Shown in pieces: positions 39,390-52,045 of a DNA stretch of 64,000 nt; positions within the stretch are counted from its first letter, which is position 1, and each line of letters opens with the position of its first letter. The notes beneath the pieces are model-generated. The model had not been told where the DNA came from, ran no database searches, and worked only from the letters and a program-made list of their open reading frames with translations. The position numbers and the translations under genes are program-made. The stretch is from assembly GCA_028826165.1 (NCBI GenBank), contig JAPDFW010000078.1:62001-126000 (forward strand). Direction: 5' to 3'. This DNA comes from Anaeramoeba ignava BMAN (Eukaryota; Protista; Anaeramoebae).

Positions 39390-42108
39390 TCAATCAATAT
39401 TTGAACAACAAGCAAAAAATCCTTTTTTTTTTGTTTTTGTTTTTGAATTTGGATTTAAATTTCTTCTTTGATTTTGATTTTCATTTTGGAATTGATTTTG
39501 TTCTTTTATTCGATTTTTTTTGATTTTGATTTTGTTTTTATTTTTCTTTTTATTTTTCTTTTTTCTTTCTTTCTTTTTCATTTTTAAAAGAAGTAACAAA
39601 TTCTTTAAGATTAATTTGACCATTTGAATCAGTTTCCATTTTATAAATTTTAATTTGATTTCCAGAATCTGAAGTTTCTTTAGAATCAGTATGAATACTC
39701 CTAAATAATAATAATAATAAGAATAAATATAAAAATAAGAATAAGAATAAGAATAAAAAATTATTTTTTACATCATTTGTTCTTCTTGAATTTCCCAATC
39801 ATATTTTCCATTTCCAAAACCTTCTCTAACAGAAATATTTCTTAATAAAGAACGTAAATATTTATAATTAGGTTCATCAGAATAACCAAGACCTAAATTA
39901 AATTAAATTAAATCAAATTAAATCAAATTAAATTAAATTAAAATAAATTAAAATAAATTAAATTATTTTTGGAATTAAATTTTTTCAATAAAAAATCACT
40001 TTGTAAATGTAAAAAAAATTGTGTAAATTCTGGTGGAAGTCCTTGACAAAGTTCAAGGTTATTATATCTAATTTTTAATTTCATAATTTCATCTCGATCT
40101 TTTAAATGAGACCAAGGAAGTGAACCTTTTAAAAATTCAATTAAAGAATAATATAAAGAAATCAAGTCATCTTTTCTTGACAAATCCTATAAATTTTTGT
40201 TTAAATATTTTTTCATAAATATTTTTATTTTAATATTTCTATTTAAATATTTTTATTTTAATATTTCTATTTAAATATTTTTATTTAAATATTTCTTTTT
40301 AAATATTTTTATTTAAATATTTCTATTTAAATATTTCTATTTAAATATTTCTATTTAAATATTTCTAATTAAATATTTCTATTTTAATATTTCTATTTTT
40401 ATTTAAATATTTTTCTTTTTAAATATTTCTTTTTAAATATTTCTTTTTAAATATTTCTATTTAAAATATTTTATTTAAATATTTCTTTAAAAAAAATATT
40501 TTTATTTAAATATTTCTATTTAAATATTTCTATTTCTTTTTAAATATTTTTATTTAAATATTTCTATTTTTATTTAAATATTTTTATTTTAAATATTTCT
40601 ATTTAAATATTTCTATTTTTATTTAAATATTTCTTTTTAAATATTTCTATTTAAATATTTCTATTTTAAATATTTCTATTTAAATATTTGTATTTAAATA
40701 TTTCTATTTAAATATTTCTATTTAAATATTTCTATTTAAATATTTCTATTTCTTTTTAAATATTTCTTTTTAAATATTTCTAATTAAATATTTTTATTTA
40801 AATATTTCTATTTAAAATAATAACCTGTTTTTGATGTGCTGAAAGTGATGCATATCTTGCTGTTCCTCTAAATCCAACTCCTAATCTTGGCTATATTTAT
40901 ATAAATAATTGAAAAATTTTTTTTAAAAAAAAAATGAATATGAGTTGGATTTCTATCTTTTTAAATTTATAAATAAATTGATATATTTACAGGTCTATAT
41001 TTCCCATCTTTTTCAAGAAATCTTTTGGCTAATCCAAAATCAAGAATGCAACATAATTCTTTATCTGGTTGATTTTGTACGTTTTTTCTTATTGCGAAAT
41101 TTGACTAAAAATTATTTATAAAATTAAAATTAAAATTAAAATTAAAATTATTAAAATTAAAATTATTTATAAAATTCAAATTAAAATTAAAATTAAAATT
41201 AAAATTAAAATTAAAATTCATTTATAAAATTAAAATTAAATTAAAAATTATTTACAGGTTTAATATCTCGATGAACAAACCCAATTTTATGAACATATTC
41301 TATAGCTGAAATCATCTAGAAACAATAAAAAGAATTTTTAATAAAAAAAATTTTAATAAAATTTTTTAATAAATTTACTTGAATTCCTAATTTTATAGTT
41401 GTTAATAAAGAAAATTGATGAAAAGTTTGCTCTTTAAGAAGTTGAGAAAGATTTTTTCCTAATAATTCCATAATTAAAAAACGATAATGCAAATTTTTTC
41501 CACAATGAATAAATTGAGTAGCATAAGGACATCCTAAATAAATTTAAATTAAAAAATTTAAATTAAAAAATTAAATCAAAATTAAATTAAAAAATTAAAT
41601 CAAAATTAAAAAATTAAATTAAAAAATTTAAATTAAAAAATTAAATCAAAATTAAATTAAAATTAAATTAAAAAATTAAATTAAAAAATTAAATTAAAAA
41701 ATTAAATTAAAAAATTAAATTAAAAAATTAAATTAAAAATTAAATTAAAAAATTAAATTAAAAAATTTTTCAAACCTTGAAGTTTTTTAAGTATTGAAAT
41801 TTCTAATAATAAAGATAATCTTTTTTCATCTTTTGAAATTGGTTCTATTTTTATTGCAACATTCTCTTGTAATACCATATCATAAGCAGAATAAATTTCA
41901 CCTTAAATTTTTATAAATTTTTTAATTATTTTTTATTTATTTTTTAAATTAAAATTTTTATTTATTTTTAAAACAAAAAGGGATAAAAATTTTTGAATAA
42001 TAAATTTTAATTTTAAAAGAAAAAAAGTTTTTGTTTACCAAAAGATCCTTTTCCAATTCTTTTTAAAAAACACCAACGATCATTTAAAGGTTGAGAAGAA
42101 AATTCCAT
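39390..42108 (-). CDS. CK1-group (TTBK-like) Ser/Thr kinase, ~9 exons
   Basis: Spliced motifs RIGKGSFGEIY, VAIKIE, MELLGKNL, FVHRDIKPSNF, LDFGLAK, FRGTARYAS, SRKDDL, GSLPW. ATG at 42108. The tail reaches FFACCSNID* only with a +1 shift near 39552. Confidence 0.88.
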
Positions 42109-42188
42109 TTAAAAAATAAAAGTAAAAAAATGAAAAAAAAAAAAGGAAAAAAAAATGAAAAAAAATATAAAATAAAAAATTTTTTTTT

Positions 42189-44559
42189 TTAATTTGAATC
42201 GAAAAAATCATCAAGTTCTTGTTGATATTCTTGGTTAATATTGAATGGTGAATTATCATCTTTTGCTTGATTTTTTTTTTCATTATGTTTTGTTATTTTA
42301 TGTTCTGTTATTAAAATTGGTTTTTTCTTTTTTTGATGATGATGTTTATGTTTGTGTTTATGTTTTTTCTTTTTTTCTTTTTCTTCTTTTTTTTCTTTTT
42401 CTTTTGTTTCTTCTAAAAGTTGATTTTGATAAATTTTAAAAGCATCTTGAATAATTTGAGCTGCACCGTCATTTTCATTTTCATATTCATTTTTAATTTG
42501 ATTTTGATTTTGAAAATTATTTTGATATTGAAAATCATAATCATCATTAAATTCATATTGATTTTCATTTAGATTTTGATTTTCTTTTTTATTTTCTTTT
42601 TTATTTTTATTTTCTTTTTTATTTTTATTTTTATTTTTATTTTTATTATTTTCATTTAGATTTTGATTTTCTTTTTTATTTTTATTTTTTGGATTTTTAT
42701 TTTTTGGATTTTGATTTTCATTTTGATTTTGATTTTCATTTTTATTTTGATTTTGATTTTGATTTTGATTTTGATTTTGATTTTGATTTTGATTTTGATT
42801 TTCATTTTGATTTTGATTTTGATTTTGATTTTGATTTTGATTTTCATTTTGATTTTGATTTTGATTTTGATTTTGATTTTGATTTTGATTTTGATTTTTA
42901 TTTTTATTTTGATTTTGATTTTGATTTTGATTTTTATTTTTGATTTTGATTTTCATTTTGATTTTGATTTTCATTTTGATTTTCATTTGGATTTTGATTT
43001 TGATTTTGATTTTCATTTTGATTTTGATTTTGATTTTGATTTTGATTTTCATTTTCATTTTGATTTTGATTTTTTGGATTTTCTTTTTCACTTTCATTTT
43101 CATTTTCATTTTGATTTTCATTTTCATTTTCATTTTCATTTAAATTTTCATTTTCATTTAAATTTTGATTTAAATTTTCACTTTCATTTTCATTTTCATT
43201 TTCATTTTCATTTTCATTTTCATTTTCATTTTCATTTTCATTTAAATTTTGATTTAAATTTTCACTTTCATTTTGATTTTCATTTTCATTTTCATTTTCA
43301 TTTTCATTTTCATTTTCATTTTCATTTTCATTTAAATTTTGATTTAAATTTTCACTTTCACTTTCATTTTCATTTTCATTTTCATTTTCACTTTCATTTT
43401 CATTTTGATTTAAATTTTGATTTAAATTTTGATTTAAATTTTGATTTAAATTTTGATTTAAATTTTGATTTAAATTTTGATTTAAATTTTGATTTAAATT
43501 TTGATTTAAATTTTCATGTGAATTTTCATGTGAATTTTGGTTTGATTGATCTTGAAAAAAAGCAGTTTGAACTTTTTCTAATAAATTACTATTAAATTGA
43601 TTTTCATTTTCATTTTCATTCGAATTTTTTGGGATTGATTTCTGATTTTTTTTATCAAAATTTCTTTGATCTTTTTGATTTTTTTTTGATTTCTTTTTCT
43701 GATTTAATTTCTTTTGTTCTTCAATAATTTGCTTCTTTTTTTTCAATTTCGTCAAAAATTGCGAATAATTTGCTTGTTTAGATTTTTTCTCCAAATATTT
43801 CTTTGATTTTAATAAACGTTCCGAATTAATTTGAAGTTGGATTTTCAAGTTCTTTTCTTTTATATCAAAAAACGGTAAATGGATCCAAAAATAAACAAAA
43901 TCCAATCCAAAGTTATTTTTTAAAGAACACTCAATAAAGGTGATATTTAGTTTTGTTTTTTCAGTTGCTTCTTTAATAAAGATTTGAATATCATTTGAAG
44001 AGACCAGATGGCTCTTGTGCTGATCCTTAAAATTAGCCAAAAGAAGAACTTGAATATTGATTGGAATTTCGAAAAATTTTTTTTTCACATATTCAAATGT
44101 TTTTGGTTTTTTTGGATCGAAAATAAAAATAACGGCGTGAGTAGCCTTATAAACATCCACAGAATCGGCATCGAAGTTATCCAAAGTGAAGCTTCCACTG
44201 ATTTTCACTTTTGGATTATGAAGCAGATTTTTCTGATTGTCTTCCGAAAAAATTGGATTCGGTTTGAATTGTTTTGATTTATCTACAACATCCCACACTT
44301 CCAATTTGATATTGCTGTTCTTGATAAACGGGCTCGTCCAATTAATCTGTGTCGTTTTTATTGAGTCGGTTGGTATATACTTGTCTGTGAATTTTTGCCC
44401 TTGAATTCTTTTGAAAAGCATTGTTTTTCCTGTTTGTTCTTCTCCTCGAATTATTACTTTTAAATTATCTTGTATTCCTTGTGAAAATTCGTTTTGTATT
44501 TTTTCCCGTAATGGTTCGCTTGTTCTTTTGCCTTGATGAATAGATTGTTCTTGTCCCAT
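42189..44559 (-). CDS. RABL6: Rab-like protein 6 (RABL6/PARF) homologue with an NQ/NE low-complexity tail (frameshift near 42936)
   Basis: GIQDNLKVIIRGEEQTGKTMLFKRIQG..YIPT..INW..KLEVWDVVDK..DADSVDVYK matches the RABL6 GTPase pattern. C-terminal KKKKHKHKHK basic tract. Confidence 0.85.
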
Positions 44560-44673
44560 TATTTGATGAAAAAAAAAATAATAAAATACAAAATGAAAAA
44601 ATGAAAAAATGAAAAATGAAAAATGAAAAATGAAAAATCAAAAATCATTTTTTCATTTTTTTTCTTTTCAAAA
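44560..44673. promoter_or_regulatory. Short bidirectional promoter (RABL6 / RCC1-BTB copy 1)
   Basis: 114 bp between divergent ATGs. A tandem (AAAAATG)n run gives TTTCATTTT on the minus strand, and TCATTTT occurs on the plus strand. Confidence 0.5.
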
Positions 44674-46450
44674 ATGAATGATTGTTTATTTTTTGGTGAA
44701 AATTATCATCCAAAACTTTTCAAAAATGAACCAGATATAATAACAAAACCAATTCAATTTAAATTTGAAAATGAAAATGAAAATGAAAATGAAAATGAAA
44801 ATGAAAAACAAATTAAACAAATTTCAACATCAAGTTTTTCAATAATTTTCCTTTTTAAAAATGGAAAAGCAATAGAATACTTAAATGATTCAAATCCTTT
44901 AGAAATCCAAATTGAAGAAAATATTCAAAAAGCAACTATTGGTTATGAAAATGAAGCTATTTTAACAAAAGAAGGAAATGTATTTGCAAAAGGAAATTAT
45001 ATTAATCCAGATAATCCAAATGAATTTATCAATATTTCATCACTAATTAAGAAATCAAATGATAGAATAATTCAAGATATTGTTTCTGGTTGGAATTCAA
45101 CTTACTTATTAACTTCAAATCAAAATGCCTATGGAATTGGTTCAAATTATTTTGGTCAACTTGGTTTTGATTTTAAAAAACTCGAAACAACAAAAAAACC
45201 AATTTTAATGATGAAAAATGTTTCTAAAATATTTTCAGGAAATACTTCAATTCATGTTTTTCTTTTAAATTCAAATCAAGAATTATTTGGATGCGGATAT
45301 AATTATTCTGGTCAACTTGGATTAGGAGAATCAATGAAAGAAATAGAAATCCAAAAATTAACTAAAATACAAAATATTCCAAAAGGTAAAATAATTGATA
45401 TTCAATGTGGAGATGCTCATTCAATAATGTTGATTGAAGATGAAAATCAAAATCAAAATCCAAAAAGAAAACTTTATTCATGTGGATATCATATAGACAA
45501 TGGACTTGGTAAAAATGAAAATACTTATGAATTTACTGAAATAAAATCATCTTTATTTGAAAAATAATAATATTCTTGATTTTTCTGTTGGAAGAGAACA
45601 TACTTTGATTTTAACTTCAAATTCAAAATTGATAGTATTTGGAAGTAATGAATATGATCAATTAGGAACTGGAGATATAAATACTCAACGAATTCCAATT
45701 CAAATTGAACTTCCTAAATTAAGATTTAATGAAAATATTTCCAATTATCATATTTCTTGTGGATATTTCAGTTCATTTCTTTATTATTCTTCTCCTTCTT
45801 TTTCTAATCTTGAAGAAGATTTGATAAAATTATTTGAAAGAAAAGAATTTTGTGATATTTCATTTAAAACAGAAAATGGAGAAATAATTAAAGCTCATAA
45901 ATTAATATTAAAATACAGATTAAATCAAAATCAAAATGAAATTGAAAAACTTCAAGAAATTATTTCAAAAAAATCAATTAAAGAATCAAATCAAATATTT
46001 GAAATGATTTATTCAAATAATTCCAAAATAAATCCAATATTATATTCTGAAATTAAAGAAATTATAAATTTAAATGAAAAAATTGAAGAAACAATGAAAA
46101 GAATTTATTTAAATGAAAATGAAAATGATTTTATAATTGAAAGAAAAGAAAAACAATATAAATTTCCAAAATTAATATTAATAATGAGAAGTGAATTATA
46201 TCGAGGAATGTTTTTATCTGTAACAGAAGATACTTCTAATAAAGTTACAGATTATAGTGAATTAAGTAATAAATCATTTCAAATATTTGAATATTGGATT
46301 TATTCAAATCAAATTAAAGATGAAATTCAAATTACACAAGAAATTATTGAAGAAATTAAAATTGGAATTGATTATTTTCAATTAAATCAAACAAATCCAA
46401 ATTTATTTGATTTATTAATTAACAAATTTAATAATCAAAATCAAAATTAA
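44674..46450 (+). CDS. RCC1-repeat beta-propeller plus tandem BTB protein, copy 1 (one extra A near 45561)
   Basis: GSNxxGQLG and CGxxHS RCC1 motifs; BTB FCDISF..AHKLIL and RSELYRGMF. Collinear with intact copy 4. Confidence 0.85.
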
Positions 46451-46562
46451 AATTAAAATTAAAATTAAAATTAAAATTAAAATTAAAATCAAAATCTAAA
46501 ATTAAAATTAAAATTAAAATTAAAATTCTATTTTTCATTTTTTCATTTTTTTCTTTTCAAAA

Positions 46563-48333
46563 ATGAATGAAATTTTATTTTTTGGTTCAAATAAATATCC
46601 AAAACTTATCAAAAATGAACCAGATAAAATAACAAAACCAATTCAATTTAAATTTGAAAATGAAAATGAAAATGAAAATGAAAAACAAATTAAACAAATT
46701 TCATCAAGTTATTTTTCAACAATTTTCCTTTTTAAAAATGGAAAAGCAATAGAATATTTAAGTGAAAATGATTCAAATCAAAATCCTGAAAAAATTCAAA
46801 TTGAAGAAAATATTCAAAAAGTAACTGTTGGTTTTGATAATGAAGCTATTTTAACAATAGAAGGAAATGTATTTGCAAAAGGAAAATATATTAATCCAAA
46901 TAATCTAAATGAATTTATCAATATTTCATCATTAATTGAAGATAAAAATGATAGAATAATTCAAAATATTATTTCTGGAGATAGTTCGATTTATTTATTA
47001 ACTTCAAATCAAAATGTTTATGGAATTGGTTCAAATGAATATAGTCAATTTGGTTTTGATTCTGAAACACTTGAAAAAACAGAAAAACCAATTTTAATGA
47101 TGAAAAATGTTTCTAAAATATTTTCAGGAAATGATTCAAAATCATGTTTTTCTTTTAAATTCAAATCAAGAATTATTTGGATGCGGATATAATTATTGGG
47201 GTCAACTTGGATTAGGAGAATCAAGAAAAGAAATAGAAATCCAAAAATTAACTAAAATACAAAATATTCCAAAAGGTGAAATAATTGATATTAAATGTGG
47301 AATTGACTATTCAATAATGTTGATTGAAAATGAAAATCAAAATCCAAAAAGAAAACTTTATTCATGTGGATATCATATAGACAATGGACTTGGTAAAAAT
47401 GAAGATACTTATGAATTTACTGAAATCAAATCATCTTTATTTGAAAATGATAATGATATTCTTGATTTTTCTGTTGGAAATGCTCATAATTTGATTTTAA
47501 CTTCCAATTCAAAATTGATAGTATTTGGAAATAACAGATATTATCAACTAGGAACTGGAGATACAAATAATCAATTAATTCCAATTCAAATTGAACTTCC
47601 TAAATTAAGATTTAATGAAAATATTTCCAATTATCATATTTCTTGTGGATATAACAATTCATTTCTTTATTATTCTTCTCCTTCTTTTTCTAATCTTGAA
47701 GAAGATTTGATAAAATTATTTGAAAGAAAAGAATTTTGTGATATTTCATTTAAAACCAGAAATGGAGAAATAATTGAAGCTCATAAATTAATATTAAAAT
47801 ACAGATTAAATCAAAATCAAAATGAAAATGAAATTGAAAAACTTAAAGAAATTATTTCAAAAAAATCAATTAAAGAATCAAATCAAATATTTGAAATGAT
47901 TTATTCAAACAGAATAATAAATCCAAAATTATATTCTGAAATTAAAGAAATTATAAATTTAAATGAAAAAATTGAAGAAACAATGAAAAGAATTTATTTA
48001 AATGAAAATGAAAATGATTTTATAATTGAAAGAAAAGAAAAACAATATAAATTTCCAAAATTAATATTAATAATGAGAAGTGAATTATATCGAGGAATGT
48101 TTTTATCTGTAACAGAAGATAAATCTAATAAAGTTACAGATTATAGTGAATTAAGTAATAAATCATTTCAAATATTTGAATATTGGATTTATTCAAATCA
48201 AATTAAAGATGAAATTCAAATTACACAAGAAATGATTGATGAAATTAAAATTGGAATTGATTATTTTCAATTAAATGAAACAAATCCAAATTTATTTGAT
48301 TTATTAATTAATAAATTTAAAAATCAAAATTAA
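46563..48333 (+). CDS. RCC1-BTB protein, copy 2 (one extra A near 47140)
   Basis: ORFs 46563-47192 and 47107-48333 together are collinear with copy 4. Confidence 0.85.
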
Positions 48334-48389
48334 AATTAAAATTAAAATTAAAAATTAAAATTATTTTTTCATTTTTTTTCTTTTCAAAA

Positions 48390-50146
48390 ATGAATGATTG
48401 TTTATTTTTTGGTCAAAATCAATATCCCAAAACTTATCAAAAATGAACCAGATACAATAAAAAAACCAATTCAATTTAAATTTGAAAATGAAAATGAAAA
48501 ACAAATTAAACAAATTTCATTAAGTTATTTTTCAACAATTTTCCTTTTTGAAAATGGAAAAGCAATAGAATATTTAAGTAAAAATGATTCAAATAAAAAT
48601 CCTGAAAAAATTCAAATTGAAGAAAATATTCAAAAAGTAACTGTTGGTTATCATAATGAAGCTATTTTAACAATAGAAGGAAATGTATTTGCAAAAGGAA
48701 ATTATATTAATCCAGAAAATCCAAAACAATTTATCAATATTTCATCATTAATTGAAGATATAAATGATAGAATAATTGAAGATATTGTTTCTGGAGATAG
48801 TTCAATTTATTTATTAACTTCAAATCAAAATGTTTATGGAATTGGTTCAAATGAATATGGTCAACTTGGTTTTGATTCTGAAACACTTGAAAAAACAGAA
48901 AAACCAATTTTAATGATGAAAAATGTTTCTAAAATATTTTCAGGAATTTCTTCTCTTCATGTTTTTCTTTTAAATTCAAATCAAGAATTATTTGGATGTG
49001 GTGATAATGAATATGCTCAACTTGGATTAGGAGAATCAAGAAAATATGAAATAGAAATCCAAAAATTAACTAAAATCCAAAATATTCCAAAAGGTGAAAT
49101 AATTGATATTCAATGTGGATATTTTCATTCAATAATGATGATTGAAAATGAAAATGAAAATCCAAAAAGAAAACTTTATTCATGTGGATATTATCAATAT
49201 AATGGACTTGGCAAAAATATGAAGATACTTATGAATTTACTGAAATCAAATCATCTTTATTTGAAAATAATGATATTCTTGAAATTTCTGTTGGGAATAA
49301 GCATACTTTAGTTTTAACTTCCAATCAAAATTAATAGTATTTGGAAGTAATGATTACGGTCAATTAGGAACTGGAGATACAAATAATCAATTAATTCCAA
49401 TCCAAATTGAACTTCCTAAATTAAGATTTAATGAAAATATTTCTAATTATCATATTCTTTGTGGCTATTGGAATAATTCATTTCTTTATTATTCTCCTCC
49501 TTCTTTTTCCAATCTTGAAGAAGATTTGATAAAATTATTTGAAAGAAAAGAATTTTGTGATATTTCATTTAAAACAGAAAATGGAGAAATAATTGAAGCT
49601 CATAAATTAATATTGAAATATAGATTAAATCAAAATCAAAATGAAATTGAAAAACTTCAAGAAATTATTTCAAAAAAATCAATTAAAGAATCAAATCAAA
49701 TATTTGAAATGATTTATTCAAACAGAATTATAAATCCAAAATTATATTCTGAAATTAAAGAAATTATAAATTTAAATGAAAAAATTGAAGAAACAATGAA
49801 AAGAATTTATTTAAATGAAAATGAAAAAGATTTTATAATTGAAAGAAAAGAAAAACAATATAAATTTCCAAAATTAATATTAATAATGAGAAGTGAATTA
49901 TATCGAGGAATGTTTTTATCTGTAACAGAAGATACTTCTAATAAAGTTACAGATTATAGTGAATTAAGTAATAAATCATTTCAAATATTTGAATATTGGA
50001 TTTATTCAAATCAAATTAAAAATGAAATTAAAATTACACAAGAAATAATTAATGAAATTCAAATTGGAATTGATTATTTTCAATTAAATGAAACAAATCC
50101 AAATTTATTTGATTTATTAATTAATAAATTTAATAATCAAAATTAA
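48390..50146 (+). pseudogene. RCC1-BTB copy 3 with several frameshifts (pseudogene or poorly polished copy)
   Basis: ATG at 48390 (MNDCLFFG). Indels relative to paralogs near 48426, 49218 and 49326. The BTB half is intact. Confidence 0.55.
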
Positions 50147-50245
50147 AATTAAAATTAAAATTAAAATTAAAATTAAAATTAAAATTAAAATTAAAATTAT
50201 TTTTTTCATTTTTTTCTTTTCAAAAAATTAAAATAAAAAAAGAAA

Positions 50246-52045
50246 ATGAATGAAATTTTATTTTTTGGTTTAAATGAAGAACCAAAACTTATCAAAAATG
50301 AACCAAATTCAATAACAAGACCAATTCAATTTAAATTTGAAAATGAAAATGAAAATGAAAATGAAAATGAAAATGAAAAACAAATTAAACAAATTTTATC
50401 AAGTTATTTTTCAACAATTTTCCTTTTTGAAAATGGAAAAGCAATAGAATATTTAAATGAAGAAGATGATTCAAATCAAAAACCTGAAAAAATCCAAATT
50501 GAAGAAAATATTCAAAAAGTAACTGTTGGTTTTTATAATGAAGCTATTTTAACAATAGAAGGAAATGTATTTGCCAAAGAAGAAGATATTAATCCAAAAA
50601 ATCCAAATGAATTTATCAATATTTCATCATTAATTGAAGATACAAATGATAGAATAATTGAAGATATTGTTTCTGGGACTGATTCAATTTACTTATTAAC
50701 TTCAAATCGAAATGCTTATGGAATTGGTTCAAATGAATATGGTCAACTTGGTTTTGATTATGAAGCACTTAAAGAAACAAAAAAACCAATTTTAATGATG
50801 AAAAATGTTTCTAAAATATTTTCAGGAATTGTATCTTATCATGTTTTTCTTTTAAATTTAAATCAAGAATTATTTGGATGCGGATATAATGATTCTGGAC
50901 AACTTGGATTAGGAGAATCAATAAAAGAAGAAACAACAATCTATAAATTAACTAAAATCCAAAATATTCCAAAAGGCAAAATAATTGATATTCAATGTGC
51001 ATATTATCATTCAATAATGTTGATTGAAAATGAAGATGAAAATCAAAATCCAAAAAGAAAAATTTATTCATGTGGATATCATAGATTTAATGGACTTGGC
51101 AAAAATGAAGATACTTATGAATTTACTGAAATCAAATCATCTTTATTTGAAAATAATAATATTATTGAAATTTCTGTTGGAAATGAACATACTTTAGTTT
51201 TAACTTCCAATAATAAATTAATTGGATTTGGATATAATAAATTTGGTCAATTAGGAACTGGAGATACAAAAGAAATACAATCAATTCCAATTCAAATTGA
51301 ACTTCCTAAATTAAGATTTAATGAAAATATTTCTAATTATCATATTTCTTGTGGTATTAATCAATCATTTCTTTATTATTCTCCTTCTTCTTTTTCCAAT
51401 CTTGAAGAAGATTTGATAAAATTATTTGAAAGAAAAGAATTTTGTGATATTTCATTTAAAACAGAAAATGGAGAAATAATTTCAGCTCATAAATTAATAT
51501 TAAAATATAGATTAAATCAAAATCAAAATGAAATTGAAAAACTTCAAGAAATTATTTCAAAAAAATCAATTAAAGAATCAAATCAAATATTTGAAATGAT
51601 TTATTCAAACAGAATTATAAATCCAAAATTATATTCTGAAATTAAAGAAATTATAAATTCAAATGAAAAAATAGAAGAAACAATGAAAAGAATTTATTTA
51701 AATGAAAATGAAAATGAAAAAGATTTTATAATTGAAAGAAAAGAAAAACAATATAAATTTCCTAAATTAATATTAATAATGAGAAGTGAATTATATCGAG
51801 GAATGTTTTTATCTGTAACTGAAGATAAATCAAATAAAGTTACAGATTATAGTGAATTAAGTAATAAATCATTTCAAATATTTGAATATTGGATTTATTC
51901 AAATCAAATTAAAGATGAAATTCAAATTACACAAGAAATAATTGATGAAATTCAAATTGGAATTGATTATTTTCAATTAAATGAAACAAATCCAAATTTA
52001 TTTGATTTATTAATTAAAAAATTTAATAATCAAAATCAAAATTAA
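50246..52045 (+). CDS. RCC1-BTB protein, copy 4 (intact, 599 aa)
   Basis: Uninterrupted ORF with RCC1 repeats and tandem BTB. Confidence 0.92.
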   Translation: MNEILFFGLNEEPKLIKNEPNSITRPIQFKFENENENENENENEKQIKQILSSYFSTIFLFENGKAIEYLNEEDDSNQKPEKIQIEENIQKVTVGFYNEAILTIEGNVFAKEEDINPKNPNEFINISSLIEDTNDRIIEDIVSGTDSIYLLTSNRNAYGIGSNEYGQLGFDYEALKETKKPILMMKNVSKIFSGIVSYHVFLLNLNQELFGCGYNDSGQLGLGESIKEETTIYKLTKIQNIPKGKIIDIQCAYYHSIMLIENEDENQNPKRKIYSCGYHRFNGLGKNEDTYEFTEIKSSLFENNNIIEISVGNEHTLVLTSNNKLIGFGYNKFGQLGTGDTKEIQSIPIQIELPKLRFNENISNYHISCGINQSFLYYSPSSFSNLEEDLIKLFERKEFCDISFKTENGEIISAHKLILKYRLNQNQNEIEKLQEIISKKSIKESNQIFEMIYSNRIINPKLYSEIKEIINSNEKIEETMKRIYLNENENEKDFIIERKEKQYKFPKLILIMRSELYRGMFLSVTEDKSNKVTDYSELSNKSFQIFEYWIYSNQIKDEIQITQEIIDEIQIGIDYFQLNETNPNLFDLLIKKFNNQNQN

